Assembly: GCA_965178125.1 (NCBI GenBank)
Contig: OZ237759.1
Span: 310,001-374,000, forward strand
Source: Bilabrum cf. latius
Taxonomy: Eukaryota
Length of the DNA stretch: 64,000 bases
Direction of reading: 5' to 3'
The notes under the pieces were generated by a model. It ran no database searches and was not told where the DNA came from. It was given only the letters and a program-made list of their open reading frames with translations. Shown piece by piece: positions 46,359-60,440 of the stretch (its first letter is position 1; every line of letters begins with the position of its first letter). Both the position numbers and the translations under genes were made by a program.

Positions 46359-49300
46359 TCATGCACACCAACTGCGACACGAACGACCAGCCGATACCAC
46401 CACGTGAAGAAACACCATGGGAAACGCGACGGCGAGGGCCTGAGTCCGCTGCAGCCCTACCAGGGAACTATTCAGCCCAAACACTGCCGCTGGCCCCTCT
46501 GGATCCGACAGAGAGGCGCCTATCAGTCCCTCTTCAGAGGCCGACAGCCGAGACGCCGCCAGAGAGCACTCCTGCCAGCCACACACCCCGAGCACGCACA
46601 GCACCACCCACGCCAAGACGCCCACAACCAGCACGTCCTCCACGGCCCGCATCCACCATCCCTGCAAGTGCACTTGCACCAATCGATCACGGAGCCTAGA
46701 TAGAGCGACAGCATGGACGAAGCGACGCATTTCCGAGTCAGTGCTGGAGCTGCCGGAGGAGCTGCCTGCCCTTGGCATTGCGGCTCTGGATCTGGATCCA
46801 AGTGGACGCCCGGCACACCTAGATCTACTGGCAATAGTACTACTACGAGTCGCACCCCCCGACGCTCGTGGGCGCTCAGGCTACGAGGTGTGTTGCCCTG
46901 GGATCGCGGCCGACCCGTTGTGCCGTGGTGGCCCAACGGGCGCGATTGATCTGGAGTCAGTCACAGATACCGCATTGTACCTTTCGCCAGCAACCGTCCA
47001 GCTGCCATTTCCACCACTTGCACCACCTCGACTATCGCCTTGTCTTCTTCCTCCACTGAGCAGCGGTACGCCCAGCGAGTGGGATGCCATGCTGCAGTCC
47101 CGCCTGTATGCCATCCACGCGATCGTGCTGTGGGCCTCCCACGCCAGCACGGACAAGGCCCGGACAGCAGAGCACAGGGCGGGCTGGTTCGCCATCAGCT
47201 GAAGCAACTGTTTGGAACTGCCGCGCCTCGAATCCTCGTCCCAATACTGAAAGTAGCCACTTGCGTGCCTTGGATCCGTAGACACTGCGCTATGGTACTT
47301 CGATACCCCCATGTCCGCCCCAAATGGCGCTCTGCTAGTAGCATTGGACTGCATGCCGGTAGCATTCGGCCTGGTGCCAGACCGCTCCGGAATTCTGCTG
47401 CTTTCCTGCGTGGGAATCTGACTCGACGTGGGTGTAACCCCCACGATCTGCACGTCGTCATCAGCGACAGAACCACCGACTGAATCGTTCACAGATCCAT
47501 CCAAGCTGTGAGCGACGTCAGATACGGCTCGTCCAGTCGGAGACTCCCTCGATGCGCCGCTCCCTCCGTATCCGTGCGGCTGAGGTGTGCGAATTGCAGT
47601 CTGCTCGTCCCGGTCGCCCTCCAGCGCAATGCCTGGTTCACTCCACTGGAGGGAGGGCACGCGGATCTATTCAACCAAGTTCTGCGCATGTAGATTCGAC
47701 TGCATGCCACTAGTATGATACTGAGACTTCCGCGCGGTTGGAGTCATGCAAGAAGCAGCAGCCCGACGGCCTGGACCGGACGGCTTGGACGCAGTCGAAC
47801 GCCCAGAAGTAGTCTAATTGCGGTCACCTGCAGCTGCCCGCTCGCCTGCTTTCTCAACAGGAGGGTCCCCGTCCTCGCTGCTCGTATATATTCCTCTATT
47901 CCTGCGATACCCTGCCTCGCTCGAGTCAGACCCTGGAGTGCCAGCGTCACAAATTCGGGATTCATGAGCCTAAATGCCGTTCGTGCTGCGTTCTGTTGCT
48001 TCTCGAGGGGTCGAATATTGTGCTGGGGAGGCGAGTTGCGATTTTTCTGGTGACGGCCTGGGTGACGAATTCGTGAGCGCTAGGCTGCTCTCAGTTCCAG
48101 CCCAGTCTGCTGCTGAGTTCCCGTTTGTCAAGGGTCTGAAGGGGTCGAGTACCCGCCGCAGGACATCGTCAGCGGCTGAGTCTACTGCAGTCAAATCGGC
48201 ACCGTGATTTTGCCCCTGGGCTTCGTACACGCTTCCACTATGGCGCTGCCACACCGGCCTGCGAGGACCATCGGCATCTATGATGCTCCCGTGGCCAGCC
48301 GCTTCGGGACTAGGGCGCTGGGATATGCTTCCCCGACCCATGGTACTGGACTGTGTGCCTTCAAATAAATCGTGACGCATGCTTGACATTAGCACCTCCT
48401 GCTCGCGCACCGGTCCTACCTCGATTGAGCCTGCGTTGGTCTCTCGCAATGCCCTGCCTTCTCCCGAATCCGGTTCCTGAGGGTCCCACATGCTATCCTC
48501 GACCTCTTTCCACCTCTAGTTCATTGCGTACACGTTTCGCAACACTCCCCGCAGCCGTGAAGGCTTGCCTGCGCTCCCTTTTAGGTGTCGGACATGCGGC
48601 GGCGTTGCAACCGCGCTCTCGAGTGTCTCCTTACTCATGGAAGGAGCAACCGTCTTCCCTGCGCTGGATCCGATTCGGATTCCTAAGTGCAGCCCCAGGT
48701 CGACTTGAGGATCACAGCACCACGCATTCGGGCGGATAGAGGACTGCGAGCTGCCTGCATCCCCTAGCAGGTCCGCCTGCCACACTAAAAGCAAGAGGGC
48801 TCGCACGATAGACATGCACAGCAGTGCCAGCCCGAGCACCAGGGCAGGCAGCGTGCACTCGGCTGTTGCGAGCACGATCACTAGCACCCACAGCCAAACC
48901 GCGCGCGACAGATAGAACCATGTCCCGATCGTGTCGTCGCACGTGTTCGAGCAGCACTTGCACGTGCTCTGCTGCACGACACCCTCCACAGCAGCCGAGC
49001 GGCTTGCATCAGCCAATGCCACTGCTGCTTGTGGCCTGCCTGCGGCAGGGTAAATGCCTCTTCCCAGGCCGGGGGATATACCCTGTAGTTCCGAATGCTG
49101 CTGCCGCCATTGCCGTTCATGATGCTGCTGTTGTTGGGACTTGAGAATCGGCATGCCTTCCTATCGGCCTAGATTCGACCGCAGCATGGGCATGCCGGTT
49201 GTGCACGCCGTTGCACAAGCAACTACCATGCTCAGGCACACAAGCATCAGCTGGGGTACCAAGCGGGCACTTCCGAGCCATGTGACCCAGTCCGTAACAC

Positions 49301-52300
49301 AGCTAGACCCAAAGCCGCCTCCGGACACCGCCAAACACGGCAGCTGCACGCTGTACGACACGGACTCGGGATCCACCGCCAGCAGCCAGGTGCCGCCCTC
49401 GCTGCCCGGCCGCTGGCCCCGGAGAGTGGCGGCCAGGCGCTGAGCCACGGCGCCGGCGGATCGCGCCCGCTACTGCAGGTCGTTAGCATCGGTTCCGTCG
49501 TTCCTGACCGGGAACAGTCCAGCACGTATGGAGACGCGCATCGGGAGGGTATCCGCCGGCTCGCACAGTGTGCTGTTCCATGGGTTGTCCCTGTCATGCT
49601 TCTAGCCATCTGCAGGCTCCACAGCCACTCGCTCAACGGATATACGCCAGGTTCGGGTATCGTCCACGTCCCCGCCCAAATCACGCAAGTCATCTAATAG
49701 ATCTTGCTCGAGCCAGGCCAGCTGATCGCGGCTGGGCCGCGGGTAAGCAAGCCCTGGAGCCGCATTGACCGGGCTGAAATCACCTGCCACCTGGGCTGGA
49801 AGCCAATTGTTGCGGTCAAACAGGAGATCGAATGCCAGCTGCGCGCGCCCCACGATCTCTCGTTCGGCCCAAGTGGCGGAATAAGATGGTAAACCGACTG
49901 ATGCTCCCTTGGGTGGGTCCGCCATGCACCGCATGGCGGTGGCTGTCAGTCCATTCCTGTCGTACTTCGGCCAGCGCTGGTCCGGTGTACCACTACTGGG
50001 TACAAGAGGTACCACGGCCGGTGCTTTCGCAAGCCGATCCACTTGCAGCAGCTCGTCCGATTGGCGCAGCCGAGGGTGACCCAGCCACTCGCCGTACCAC
50101 ACCCGCACCACGCTCGCCAACTGCTCCCAAGCACCATTCGACTGCTCTAGGCTACTGTCCACGGGAAGATGACCGACGCTATCGCATCGTGCAACGCATA
50201 CGACCCTTCCTGCAAAATTTCCTTTTAGACTAGATCGGTGGCAGATCCAGCGGCCGTTCCGCAAGGCCGGCAGAGACATATCTGCAGAAGGAGGAAACAC
50301 CCGAGATGTGAGAGAGCCGCGGTACACTGCGAACGGGCCTGACAGAACCGACTGCCGTACCTACAGCCCCTCGTCCCCTGGAACGGGGATGTACAGCCCA
50401 GTCGATTTGCGGGGGGCCCGGAACGAAGTATAGTTGGCCCGCACGTTCGCTGGCGTACCCTCGGGGATGGGATACCTGCCCCGGTCACCGGGGAAAATGA
50501 AGATCTTTGAGACACCACCGACCTTCCACACGTACATTGATTGATACCTGTCTACTCCACCGATCGACAGCGCCTTACTGTTCTGAGAAGCCGGCAGGTC
50601 GGTCGGCATCAGGTCCACGTTCCACATGGAGTGGTCCACATCGTAGGCCACCGCGCACCCCAGCCTAGCCCGAGGGAACAGCCCACTCACCGCATCCGTC
50701 CTGCTGTACTGCTCCAGCAGCTGCGCCAGGCTGGGCGTGGAGTTCCACGAGGCCATGCCCACGTCGGGGGTGCAGTTACGGCCCTGGACGCACCAGGGGT
50801 CGTCCAGCAGCACCAGCCCTGTGCGGTGCATGTTCGGGTACTTATTGTTGCCATGGTACACGTATCTCGTGCAGTCGAAGCTGCGGCCGGATGTACCAGT
50901 ATTGTTGCGATCATTCCAAAGGATATCACTAGGGGCGTTGATCTACAGCGCCAGCACGTGCGCCCGGTTGACCCTCCACTGGTAGTCGGGGCTATCCCCC
51001 ACGATGGGGGTCCCGGGGGTGATGGGAAGCACGGCCACTGTCCCGGGCGGGTAAAAGCTAGATAGGCTCTAGTGCCATCTTGGCGTGGGCCTGGTGGCGC
51101 GCACCGTTTGGCGCTGCCTCAGGTCGACTGTGCCCCGGCTGCAGGCCCACACCCAGAATGTGCGGTAGGGGGGCTGGAAGGATGGGTCCGGCCTGCTCGT
51201 GGAATGGAACGAGTCGAGATTGCTGCCTGCATACTCGTCACACTGATTAGTCTGAGAGTCAGTGTCATCGCCGCCTGCGTTACCCTGCGTGAGCTCTGTA
51301 GTATGAGAGGGCCACCTTTGCTTGGGGGGCCACACGGTGAGCTGCCTGCAGACGTCGTTGCCCTCGATGGTGGTGTTCCAGGTGGTGTTGGCGGGGCTGT
51401 ACATGGACCGCGGACACAGCACCACCATGACTTTAAGGCAAAGCTCCATCTGGTTCAGACCCTGACCCGCGTAATTCAGCATCACTGGAATTGCGCTGAG
51501 CGAGCTATCAAAGGTTGGTGCATACCCCATCCTGTATCCCCCACTCGCCACCGTTGGGGTGGTCGGGTACATGAGCGAGCCTTGCTAGTACCCGTTGAAC
51601 TTAAAGAACGGATTCAGGACGGCCAGCCACTGCTCCACTGACCAAGGCTCCGTGGCCCGGCTGGGCAGGCTGAATGCGCTGTCGGCGTCCTGAAATCCCA
51701 GGTGCGCGGGGCGCTGCTGAGGCGAGACCAGCGCGGGCTGCATGGAGGAAAGAGCCGGCGAAGATATGAGTCTCTTCCTAGTGCTTGCAATTTGAAGTCG
51801 ATGTGCAGTACTGCTCGTCCCAAGCGTGCCCGCGCGGTTGCTGGTAGCGAGACCACTGGTGGATTTCCCGGTCGCCACTAAGGAACCGGCCAGCCCAGGC
51901 CCCACGGACCAGCAATAGCGAACATATGCCGCCCTCCAATAGTCCACAGTGTCCCACGATCGGTCCCATGGTCGCCGGGCTAGCTTGCACTGGCCTGATG
52001 AAGGACTGAAGTGATGGACCCGAGCTTTGCTGCTGTCTAGAATCCGGCGGTTCTTGCAGCATTTGTGACATATACCAAGAGCATGTGGTGATTCAGCCAT
52101 GTACCACGTAGCTGCGATAAATATAGGGGTATTATCGCTGCTCCGTGAGTACTCTAATTTAGAGAATTCTGAACATGATTACAAGTAGTCAGCGAAGCAA
52201 GTGACTTACCGTTGCATTGGGACATAACATAATTAGTAGTTGACCTTAAGCTTAAATCTGTTCCAGCCTGTACCGCAAGCTGGGGGTGTCCTCGTTCAAT

Positions 52301-52384
52301 CGCTTCCCATACCCCTGACCTACCCTGCTGCAGCAGGGCCACAGCAAGTAGCACCTGCAATGCTGCTTTCAGTTGCATTGCCAT
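46359..52384 (-). CDS. Large uncharacterised membrane protein (signal peptide, ectodomain, several TM segments); intron 52112-52209
   Basis: Starts MAMQLKAALQVLLAVALL. Successive track ORFs share one frame across TAGs. Hydrophobic segments lie at about 48.8-49.3 kb and 46.4-47.2 kb. Confidence 0.65.
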
Positions 52385-52534
52385 AGTAGAGTTGAGCACT
52401 CAACAAACATCATTTCTGCGGGCTGGTAATGTGTTGGTGTGCAGCACAGAAATCATCTGTGTCATAATTAGCTTGAGGACTCGGACTACCGAGAATCCGC
52501 GAACAGTCTCTGCCCACAGCTCGCTGTGTTGGAG

Positions 52535-53569
52535 ATGGGATTCTTGTCAACAATAGTTCCCATTTTTATTGGATCTGGTGCGCTCATGTACTTGACTGGT
52601 CGGAAAGGTCTTGTACGTTTTGCGAGAGGTGCCGGAGAAATTTTAGGAGGCTACGTCGGGCGCAGTCGTAGGCAGCGTGCGAGGATGCAGCGTGCCATTG
52701 TAGAGAGCGAAACGCCAGATCAACGGCGTACGTCCCTACAGCTGCAGCAGAACCTTTGGGAGCTCAGGATGATGCTGAACGAGGTAACAATGGTTCGCTC
52801 GTTGTCGCCGCGTTTGCTTCATAAAGGCAACTTTGGTTTCACGACAGAGGAGCTCATGGGATCTATTGGAATTCGTCCTGAGCTGGCGGTAAAGAAAGAG
52901 GAACACATGAAAGCCCATATGCAAAGGCAGCTAGACATGGAGGGCACCGCCATCAGCAACCCCCAGATGTTTCCGATGGTCGGCAAGCACGGGAACGTAG
53001 CAGACATCGGCACGAACGAGCCCAGCATCAAGCAGAAAATCGCACCGCAGAGACTGCAGCACGGCTCTGCGCAGCCAGCAGTTCCGCTATCTGGGGATAC
53101 TCCGCTTGCTGCGGCTACTGCGGCTTCAGCAGGGGCATCCGCACCGGGTCGTGCCAGCCACGGGGCGCTTGAACCCCGCGAATTCCGCGGGAAAGGCACC
53201 CCTGATGATTTCGAGGCGGCGACAGGGCCGAAAGCGAGCAGCGAGGCACCTGCTCAGGAAGGGCGAGCATCGCCGTCCGTTGGAGGGGAGCCGGGGCCTG
53301 GGCACGGTCACCAGCCCAGCGATTGGAGCAGTGCTAGCGCAACAGCCACAGGGGATGCTTAGAAGCTGCCGCCGCACCTGCAGCAGTTCCACTGGTCGCA
53401 GTGGGCCGATGAGGTGCCCGAAGGGGCCGTGTTCGTGGCTACGCCAGCAGCAGCAGAAACTGCGGGCGCATCGCAAGGCAGTGGCCGCCGGGGGGACGGC
53501 AAAGACGGAAGGATACATAGGGCCAGCAATGAAATGGAGGAACTTGTTGACAGAGGCGGTAGACGTTGA
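52535..53569 (+). CDS. TatB-like protein (mitochondrial Tat component candidate)
   Basis: N-terminal TM segment, G-hinge and amphipathic helix (MYLTGRKGLVRFARGAGEILGGYVG), then a coiled segment and a disordered tail. Confidence 0.55.
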
Positions 53570-53748
53570 ACATCCTCGAATGTCCGTATCGCTTGCTCTT
53601 TTATCGTGATCATCTTCAGAAATCGACGGCAATTTGGTTAGAACCGCCGGCTGCACCAAACCCAACGAAAAGAAAAGATATTTCTTCAAAGAAAGCGCCC
53701 ATCCGAATAGTGATAGATTGGCAAGCCTAAGAATACAGATAGTTCAAT

Positions 53749-55085
53749 ATGGCAGCAGCTGGTATGTCTTCTGATGGCATAGATATCGAGTGAGAACTCA
53801 GATCTGAACCACAGCTCGCTTGCACCGACAGGTTTCCATCTGGTTATTTACTAGCGTGCATGCCAACTTGGCGGCAGTATCCGCACTGTCTTAAACCATT
53901 ATATTGGTTCGATTCTATTGCAGAGTCGGAGCCGCGAGTGCTGCGGGTGGCGGTTTTCATGAGGATGCCGATGAGTTATAGGATTACCAGAGGCGGTTTG
54001 ACAGGCAGTATGGCCAGGTAGAGCAACTTGCAGCCGATCTTTCGTGAGAATCATGTATTGAGTGCATTCAAATTCCCATGGCTAGTTCATGGAACCGACG
54101 TCCCGGCTTCTGTTAGAATACGTGTTTTGCAGCGACTCTACGAGGAGAATGGAGGAATTGACAGCTAGAAATAACACAATATTTTCATAGGAAGAAGAGT
54201 CTCGAACGTAGAGTTAGATGCATGCCGAAATGGACCGAAGCAAGAAAGCAATGGAAGAGGGCAAGCTGGTGTTGAAGCGAATGCAGGCGCAAGGCGCTGC
54301 CTTCGAGAAGAAGGGATACACAGACAGAATGCCGCTCTTCACGCAGAGATACGAGGTTCTATGCCACAGGTTCGTGAAAGTTGCCCAAAAGAACCAGGTG
54401 AGCGAAATCACCCCTGGCCCGCTCCCCCGACCGGACCCTTCTACATCCATCGGCACCTCCTCACCATCAAAGCCAGTGTATCTCGCATTGCGCGCGCCTC
54501 GCGGCACCAGACAATCGTCCGTGCTACTATATTACATCACAGCTCCTGCGACCTTGCTCCCACATCTCCCATTCCCCCCCTTCTCCCCCCAATATTGCAC
54601 AGGCGGCCAAGGGCGCCTTCAAGGACAGCGCCAAGAAGAAGCTCCTCGACCAGGCGGAGCTGCTCCCCGGGCTGCAGGACAAGCCGAGGGACGTGCTCGA
54701 GGCAGAGCTGGAGAGGGACCCGACACTGATCTCGCAGGCCGTGGCAGGGCAGGTGGTGGCCCACAGAGAGGTCCGCAGGCAGGAGCAGGAGGCGCAGGAT
54801 AGGGCCGAGGCGATCCGTGAGCTGATGCAGAGCATCCAGGAGGTGGCGCAGATGGTCAATGAGCTGGCCGAGCTGACCAACAGGTACAGCGAGGTTGTGG
54901 ACAAGGTGGTGGTGAACGTGAGGGACGCAGACCAGTACGTTAAGCAGGGGAACAGCGACCTCCGGTCCGCGATCGAGAGCCAGAAAGCCTCGAGGAAGAA
55001 GATGTGCTGCCTTGCCATCGTCGGGATCGTGGTGCTCGTGCTAATCTCGGGGGTGCTTGGGGGGATTCTGCCCTCGCTGACCTGA
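53749..55085 (+). CDS. Syntaxin (Qa-SNARE), multi-exon; 5' exons approximate
   Basis: DRAEAIRELMQSIQEVAQMVNELAEL..VVDKVVVNV..YVKQGNSDLRSA..RKKMCC plus C-terminal TM; intron 54398-54602. Confidence 0.85.
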
Positions 55086-56368
55086 CCTTGCATGAGTGCA
55101 TTCCCTATAGAAGGTGTCTGTCTTTCTTTCATTTACGCTATCGACGATAGCTCTCGATTCTCCGTTTACGTGCTGGATGCAGGCAGTCTTCCAATAGTCC
55201 CACAGACGGTGTCTGTCTTTCATCAATTTATTGTTGGTCTGACGGATGATGATGCAATTGCTCGGGCCGTTTGGACGTGACCGGTGGGCTGCGAGCGTAT
55301 CCGGTGAGCTTGGCACCCTTGCCTTGCAGCCACGGCGGCGCACCAGGTCTGAACGGTCAATGGATCCACTGGCACAGCCTTCTGCCGGTCCAACTCGTGC
55401 AACCCCGGCTACGCGTGGATGGGATACTTCGAATCTGCTGTGGGCACTGGCAGCGATGAGCAGCAGGTGCTCGGGGCCGAGCGCCAGCTGTGCAGCAGCG
55501 GACGCCCCTCGTTCACCGAGGCGCTCATGGTAGGTACCATGTGCTCCCACCATCACCCAGTCCCACCCCACGCCCGTCAGCCCAAGCAACACCCCCTCAG
55601 CCAGTCCCAGTGCAGGTTCAAGCCCCAGCATGAGCGGAGTACCAAGCGTATCCCCATTGGATTCCCCAACGTACAGCCCGGCAGCAGTGGTTGAAGTAAG
55701 GAGCCGACAGCGCGGGCAAAATGCGTCTTCGGCACCAGACTCGTCTGCCGACACGAGCGAGTCGTGCTCAAGCTGCCTGCCGCTGGGTGCCTCAAGCTCC
55801 CAGGTGCTGGTGGAAAAAATTGTCAGCATCAGCAGCGCCGCGCCCGCGGATGTAGGGTGTGATTATGCGGCAGCATTTTTGGCTAGAGTTGGACGACGTG
55901 GTTGTCTGGCTGCAGTAGTCGGACGGTGGGCCAGGGACTGTGCTAGTCCTGCAGGTGCCAGCCGACTCCCTCACTCGAGCAGACGAGCTGCTGCAGCTGA
56001 TCGAGCCGATGCGACGACCCCGGTCGCCGTGTGATCGACAGAACGGGCAGGGCACTTTGGAAGAGACTTCACGGCACGTGTTGACTGCATGGTCAGCACG
56101 GGTACCACTCGCTTCTGGGACGGCTGCAGCCACGGTGGCTATGGACTCCTTACTAAGGAACCAATATTGCAGTGCCAAGCCTGTTTCACGCTAGCTTTGT
56201 GACTGCTTTGATAAACGTTTGCTTGTTCGATCCACGGGTGTGTCGAGTGTCCAAATCCACTCCCGCCCAAGATTGCTCCCGTTGCCAAACTCAAAGCGAG
56301 CGAGGATACCGGATCTAGTAGCTCTGCCGGTTGCATGACACGACGCGGTATCCGCAGAATCAGGATCA

Positions 56369-58460
56369 TCACACGCTATGAGGCAACAACAGCTTCACGC
56401 ACTCGTCATGCTCACCCAGTCTAGCTGCTTCCAGCGCACTAGCGAGCCGCCTGCCACCGATTCCGTCGTCTACCTCGCAGCGCAGACGCATGCCACCCGC
56501 CAGCACACCAAGCCGCAACCGCTTGGCCAGCTCCAATGGCCTTCCCTATGCTGCAGCCAACAGCAACAACTTTGCATTCATCCGTGCTTCCACGGCCCTT
56601 CTGTGATTCAAAACGCACTGGAGTCTCTTGCAGCGCTCTCTGCGTGCCATGATTATATCTAGCGCGGCTGTCTCCTGTCTGGCCCGGCTGCAGCTCCTGA
56701 GCATCTGCAGGCACTTGTCAGCGTCGCCATTGCTGCTGGTTACCGCCAGCAAGATCTTGGCTAGTGTGGACCTGGGCCTCAGCATGCGTGCCTTGATGGT
56801 GTCTTCAAGGCTGCGCACGAAGGGCTTGCTGGTACGTGCCCCGAGAGCCACAAGTTGGGCAACAGAGACGAGGCTAACATTGGGCGCATCCCGTATCGGT
56901 GTGCGGTGCTTCTGCGAGAAGAGAGCATGCAATCGATGGGTGCAAGCATGTGCGCGCATTCAGTAATAAGAAACCCGGCTGATCAACGGCGGGGCGGCAC
57001 GCGGTCTGCAAACCTGCGAGCAGTCGTTCATGAGGCAGTTGGACGACTATGGCATTCAGTACAAACAGCGAGCCGTTCTCCAGCTTACGTTACACTTCGC
57101 GTTAATATTGCCACCGCGCAAGACAAGCAGCCGCAATATGTCGCTGTGATTGTGTTTGGCGGCATAATGCATGGGCGTCTTCCCTTTCTGCGACAAGCCA
57201 GCAGCAGACCGAGGACTCGCTATTCTGGAAAGGTTGTCGCAGACGTGCAGCGTGGGCATACCAGGGCTAGGCCAGGCAAGCCCGGTGCACTCACACTATC
57301 TCGCAAGTTGGGGTCCACGCCGACATCCCTGAGAAGAGCCGCGGCGGCTGCGTAATGCCCGGCGGCAGCAGACCGATGCAGGCTCGATGGGATGTCCGGG
57401 CCGGTCTCTTCGGCCCGGGCCAGCAGTTCGCACACGTCTCGATGCCTGCCTCTAGAGGCAACGATAAGAGGACTCATTCCGAGCTGCGGGTCGCGGTTGA
57501 TTGCTAGGAGGTGATGGTTACTCGTGAGCCACCGGCGCGGGGTAATCCTGAATGTCAACAGCTAGCACGATCGTACTCACCATGAGGCCGGCAAACGGAT
57601 TGGCACGAGCTTTCAGGAGCGCCTGGCAAACTTCCTTTCGCCCCCTTGACGCAGCCATGTGAAGTGGAGTGGCACCATCCTGCACGGACGCACGGGCAGA
57701 AGGGTCGGACATGCTAATTGAGGTTGCGCGCATGGCGCAGCCACCAACCTCATTTGACTAGGCTCCACTCAATCCGGATGATCGGCAGCTGTAGTACCTA
57801 TCGGCAGCGGCAGTCCACAGAACTGGATTACTTCGCTAGAATGACTGGACTACACTGCACCAGAGAGCATGCAAGCTCGCACGAGGGGTGGGTGCTACCT
57901 CACGCAGTCAGTCAGGTGAACCGGCGCCTTGGCCCGAAGCAGGACGACGCAAGTGGTGAGGTCGCCACCATTAGCACAATAGTGCAGTGCAGTGCGACCT
58001 TTCTGCAAGCATTACATGGATCTAGCATATGGTGGTAGCAAAGTGATTCCTTCTTGTGGGAACGTTCCAGAATACAAGCAGCTTGAAGCGCATGATGGCC
58101 CGCCGGGCTCTGTAGCAATGGGCCCATGTCAATCTGTCAATCCTCGCATTATACAAACGTGCGTCGCCACAGCCCACGCCCGTTATCTCACTGGGCACTA
58201 TATATCAACCGGTATCCCTGATTTCAGCAGGTCCGCGCATAAATGAGCATGACCAGAGAACGCAGCAAAGTGGAGCGGCGACGAATTGCCCAAGATAGGT
58301 TTAGCTCCATTTTGGATGAGCATCCCACAAGTGTTGACGAGGCCTCGAAAAGCACAGTACAAAAGCGGATCCAGGGACTGCAATGGAAGTTTCTCGTGTG
58401 CCCAGTGCGGAGAACGTTTGAATAATTAGTGCGCCGAAATGATGTTGTTCTAGTTGCCAT
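56369..58460 (-). CDS. Ankyrin-repeat protein, multi-exon; start approximate
   Basis: SPLHFAAFSGH, GATPLHMAASRG, SPLIVASRG and GKTPMHYAAKHNH repeats; TGA at 56369. Confidence 0.8.
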
Positions 58461-58866
58461 AGCATGTGTACAAAGTCCCTCACTAATCCTGAACAGTCCA
58501 TCTACAACAATGTTTGAATCTCAAAGTTTACCAGACGCACTGTATGCCCTTGGCTGAGGGCTTCCAAGACCTTCCGCTATGATTCTATTTCTCCCCGTTC
58601 CGCCGACGCGAGAACATGTTCCGACAACATTTTGACAGGCCAGACACTTCGACCAGCAGCTCCAGCTTATGTATTGCTATTTATTAAAAAGTTTTCGATG
58701 AACGTACGCGGGATGTTGACTTTGGTTAATGATTGCGAGAGCATTGCAATTTGCAAGTTTGCATGCAGGGCAAACCGGAAGCGCACCGACATGCGGCCAT
58801 CCGGCTTGCTGATGCCTAGACGATACCGCCGCTGGCAGCTCTGCGCTCAATGGATGGCGCATCGTG

Positions 58867-60207
58867 TTACGGCCTCAGAGCTGCCAGCAGGGCTGCGGCT
58901 TTCTCCCCGCTGGTGCACCGCACGAGAAACACGATCGACCCCCCCGGGCTTGTGCCGCTGCCTGCATCCCCCTGCGCCCCCCCCGCGTGGCCTGCGATGG
59001 CCCCAGCCGTGCCCGTGTCCCTCTTTGCGGCTGCTAATGATGACGACGGCGATGAAGACGATGATGAGGACGATGACGAGGACGACGAGGAGACAGGCGG
59101 TACCCCCGCGCCCGTGACGATGGCACGCTCATCCGGGCCCAGCACAGCCTGTGGGAGAGTCAGCGACACGCACCGCTCCTGCACCTCGTGCACCGCCACC
59201 CAGCCCGGGGGCAGCCCGTCGAGCACCTGCTTGGGCAGGCTCGCGTTGAGGAGCAGCGCGCGCGTAGACTCGCGACGGATGATCAGGTGCAGCGCATTGC
59301 CATGCAGTCGCGCAGAGGGCTTGCCTGCCGCGTCGGACGTTGCGTCGGCTGTGGATGGTTTCGATCGGACGGCATCTCCCGCAGTTGCTTGCGTCTCGCT
59401 GCCCGCCGATCCGAGTGGAGCACTTGCTCCTGCTCCTGCTCCTGGCAAGACGAGCAGAGTGCCCTCTCCTCGCTCGATCCATCGGCTGCCGCTTGCAGTG
59501 CTAGTGGACTGTGCGCCATTCGGCTTCCGGGGAGCAGTTGCAGCGGAATGTTCGGCACTCGCACTGCTGGGCGTCGCGCTCGGCTTCTGCTACTAGGCTG
59601 CCGCTGGTGTCGATGCACTATCGCTGGCAGTCTTGGCGGTAGCACTCCCACGAGGCAAGGCTGCAGACTTCTCTCCTGACGAAGCCGCAGTACCATCTTC
59701 CGCACTCTAATCTGTACTACTATCTAAGGATACAAACTCGTACAATTTCACTCGACCCCTCCAAGCTGGAGTGGCGTTCTCGTCGACAACAGCTGGCCTG
59801 CCGCTTGTTCTCGGCCTCTTCTTGCCACCTGCATCAACATTCTTATCATCGCTAGCACCTGCTGGTTCTGTGGCCGGCCGTTTGGTTCCAAGCGCGAATG
59901 GGCTGGAGATATTGCTGCTGCCAGGTGAGGGCGCGACTGAAAACGATTCCGCCCCAGGACTCGACGATGCAACTCCGTCGAATCCGAACGTGTTTGCCAC
60001 GTCGGATAACCAAGCTTCTTTTGCAGAAGTAGAAGACGATTCGGAAGAGCCTCCTGCACTGGGCTTGCTACCGTCGCCAGCTGGGCTCTGCTGCCGTGTG
60101 AGCCATTGGGGGACGTCTCCTGCGGTTTCCAAGGATGCGCTGCTGGTCTCCACCTCTGATGAGGTAGCGGCCATATCTGCCCAGCCGCCATCTGTAGACT
60201 GTGCCAT
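58867..60207 (-). CDS. Ran-binding-domain protein (RanBP3/Nup50-like), 446 aa
   Basis: RVKLYEF..WIERGEGTL..LIIRRESTRALLLNA..FLVR with low-complexity insertions; basic KRP..KKRPR segment. Confidence 0.7.
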
Positions 60208-60262
60208 AATCGTCACAGAAGGGATTGTGCTGCGAAGCAAAGCGGTCTTTCAATCTGTAGGG

Positions 60263-60440
60263 CCCTCGCTGCCAGTGGCGCCGCAGCGGAACCGTGGGCC
60301 GTGGCGGACGGCGGTCGTGCACGAGCCACACTTTCGGCTTGACCTGGAACAAGTTCGTCCAAGCCGTTTATTTTTATATTTCAGCTGGGTTTGCCGTAAG
60401 TTTTGCGATCGCGCCCGAGCGGAATGTTCGGCTCGGGCAG
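60263..60440. repeat. Host intergenic repeat, related to 62960-63270
   Basis: GGCGGACGGCGG..GCACGAGCCA.ACTTTCGGCTTG.CCTGG..TTCGTCCAAGC..CGCCC.AGCGGAA..TCGGCTCGGGC shared with the other copy. Confidence 0.8.

Noticed and set aside
55090-56360. Possible gene between the syntaxin and ankyrin genes
   Set aside because: Open frames exist on both strands, but no recognisable motif or clear start; left unannotated.
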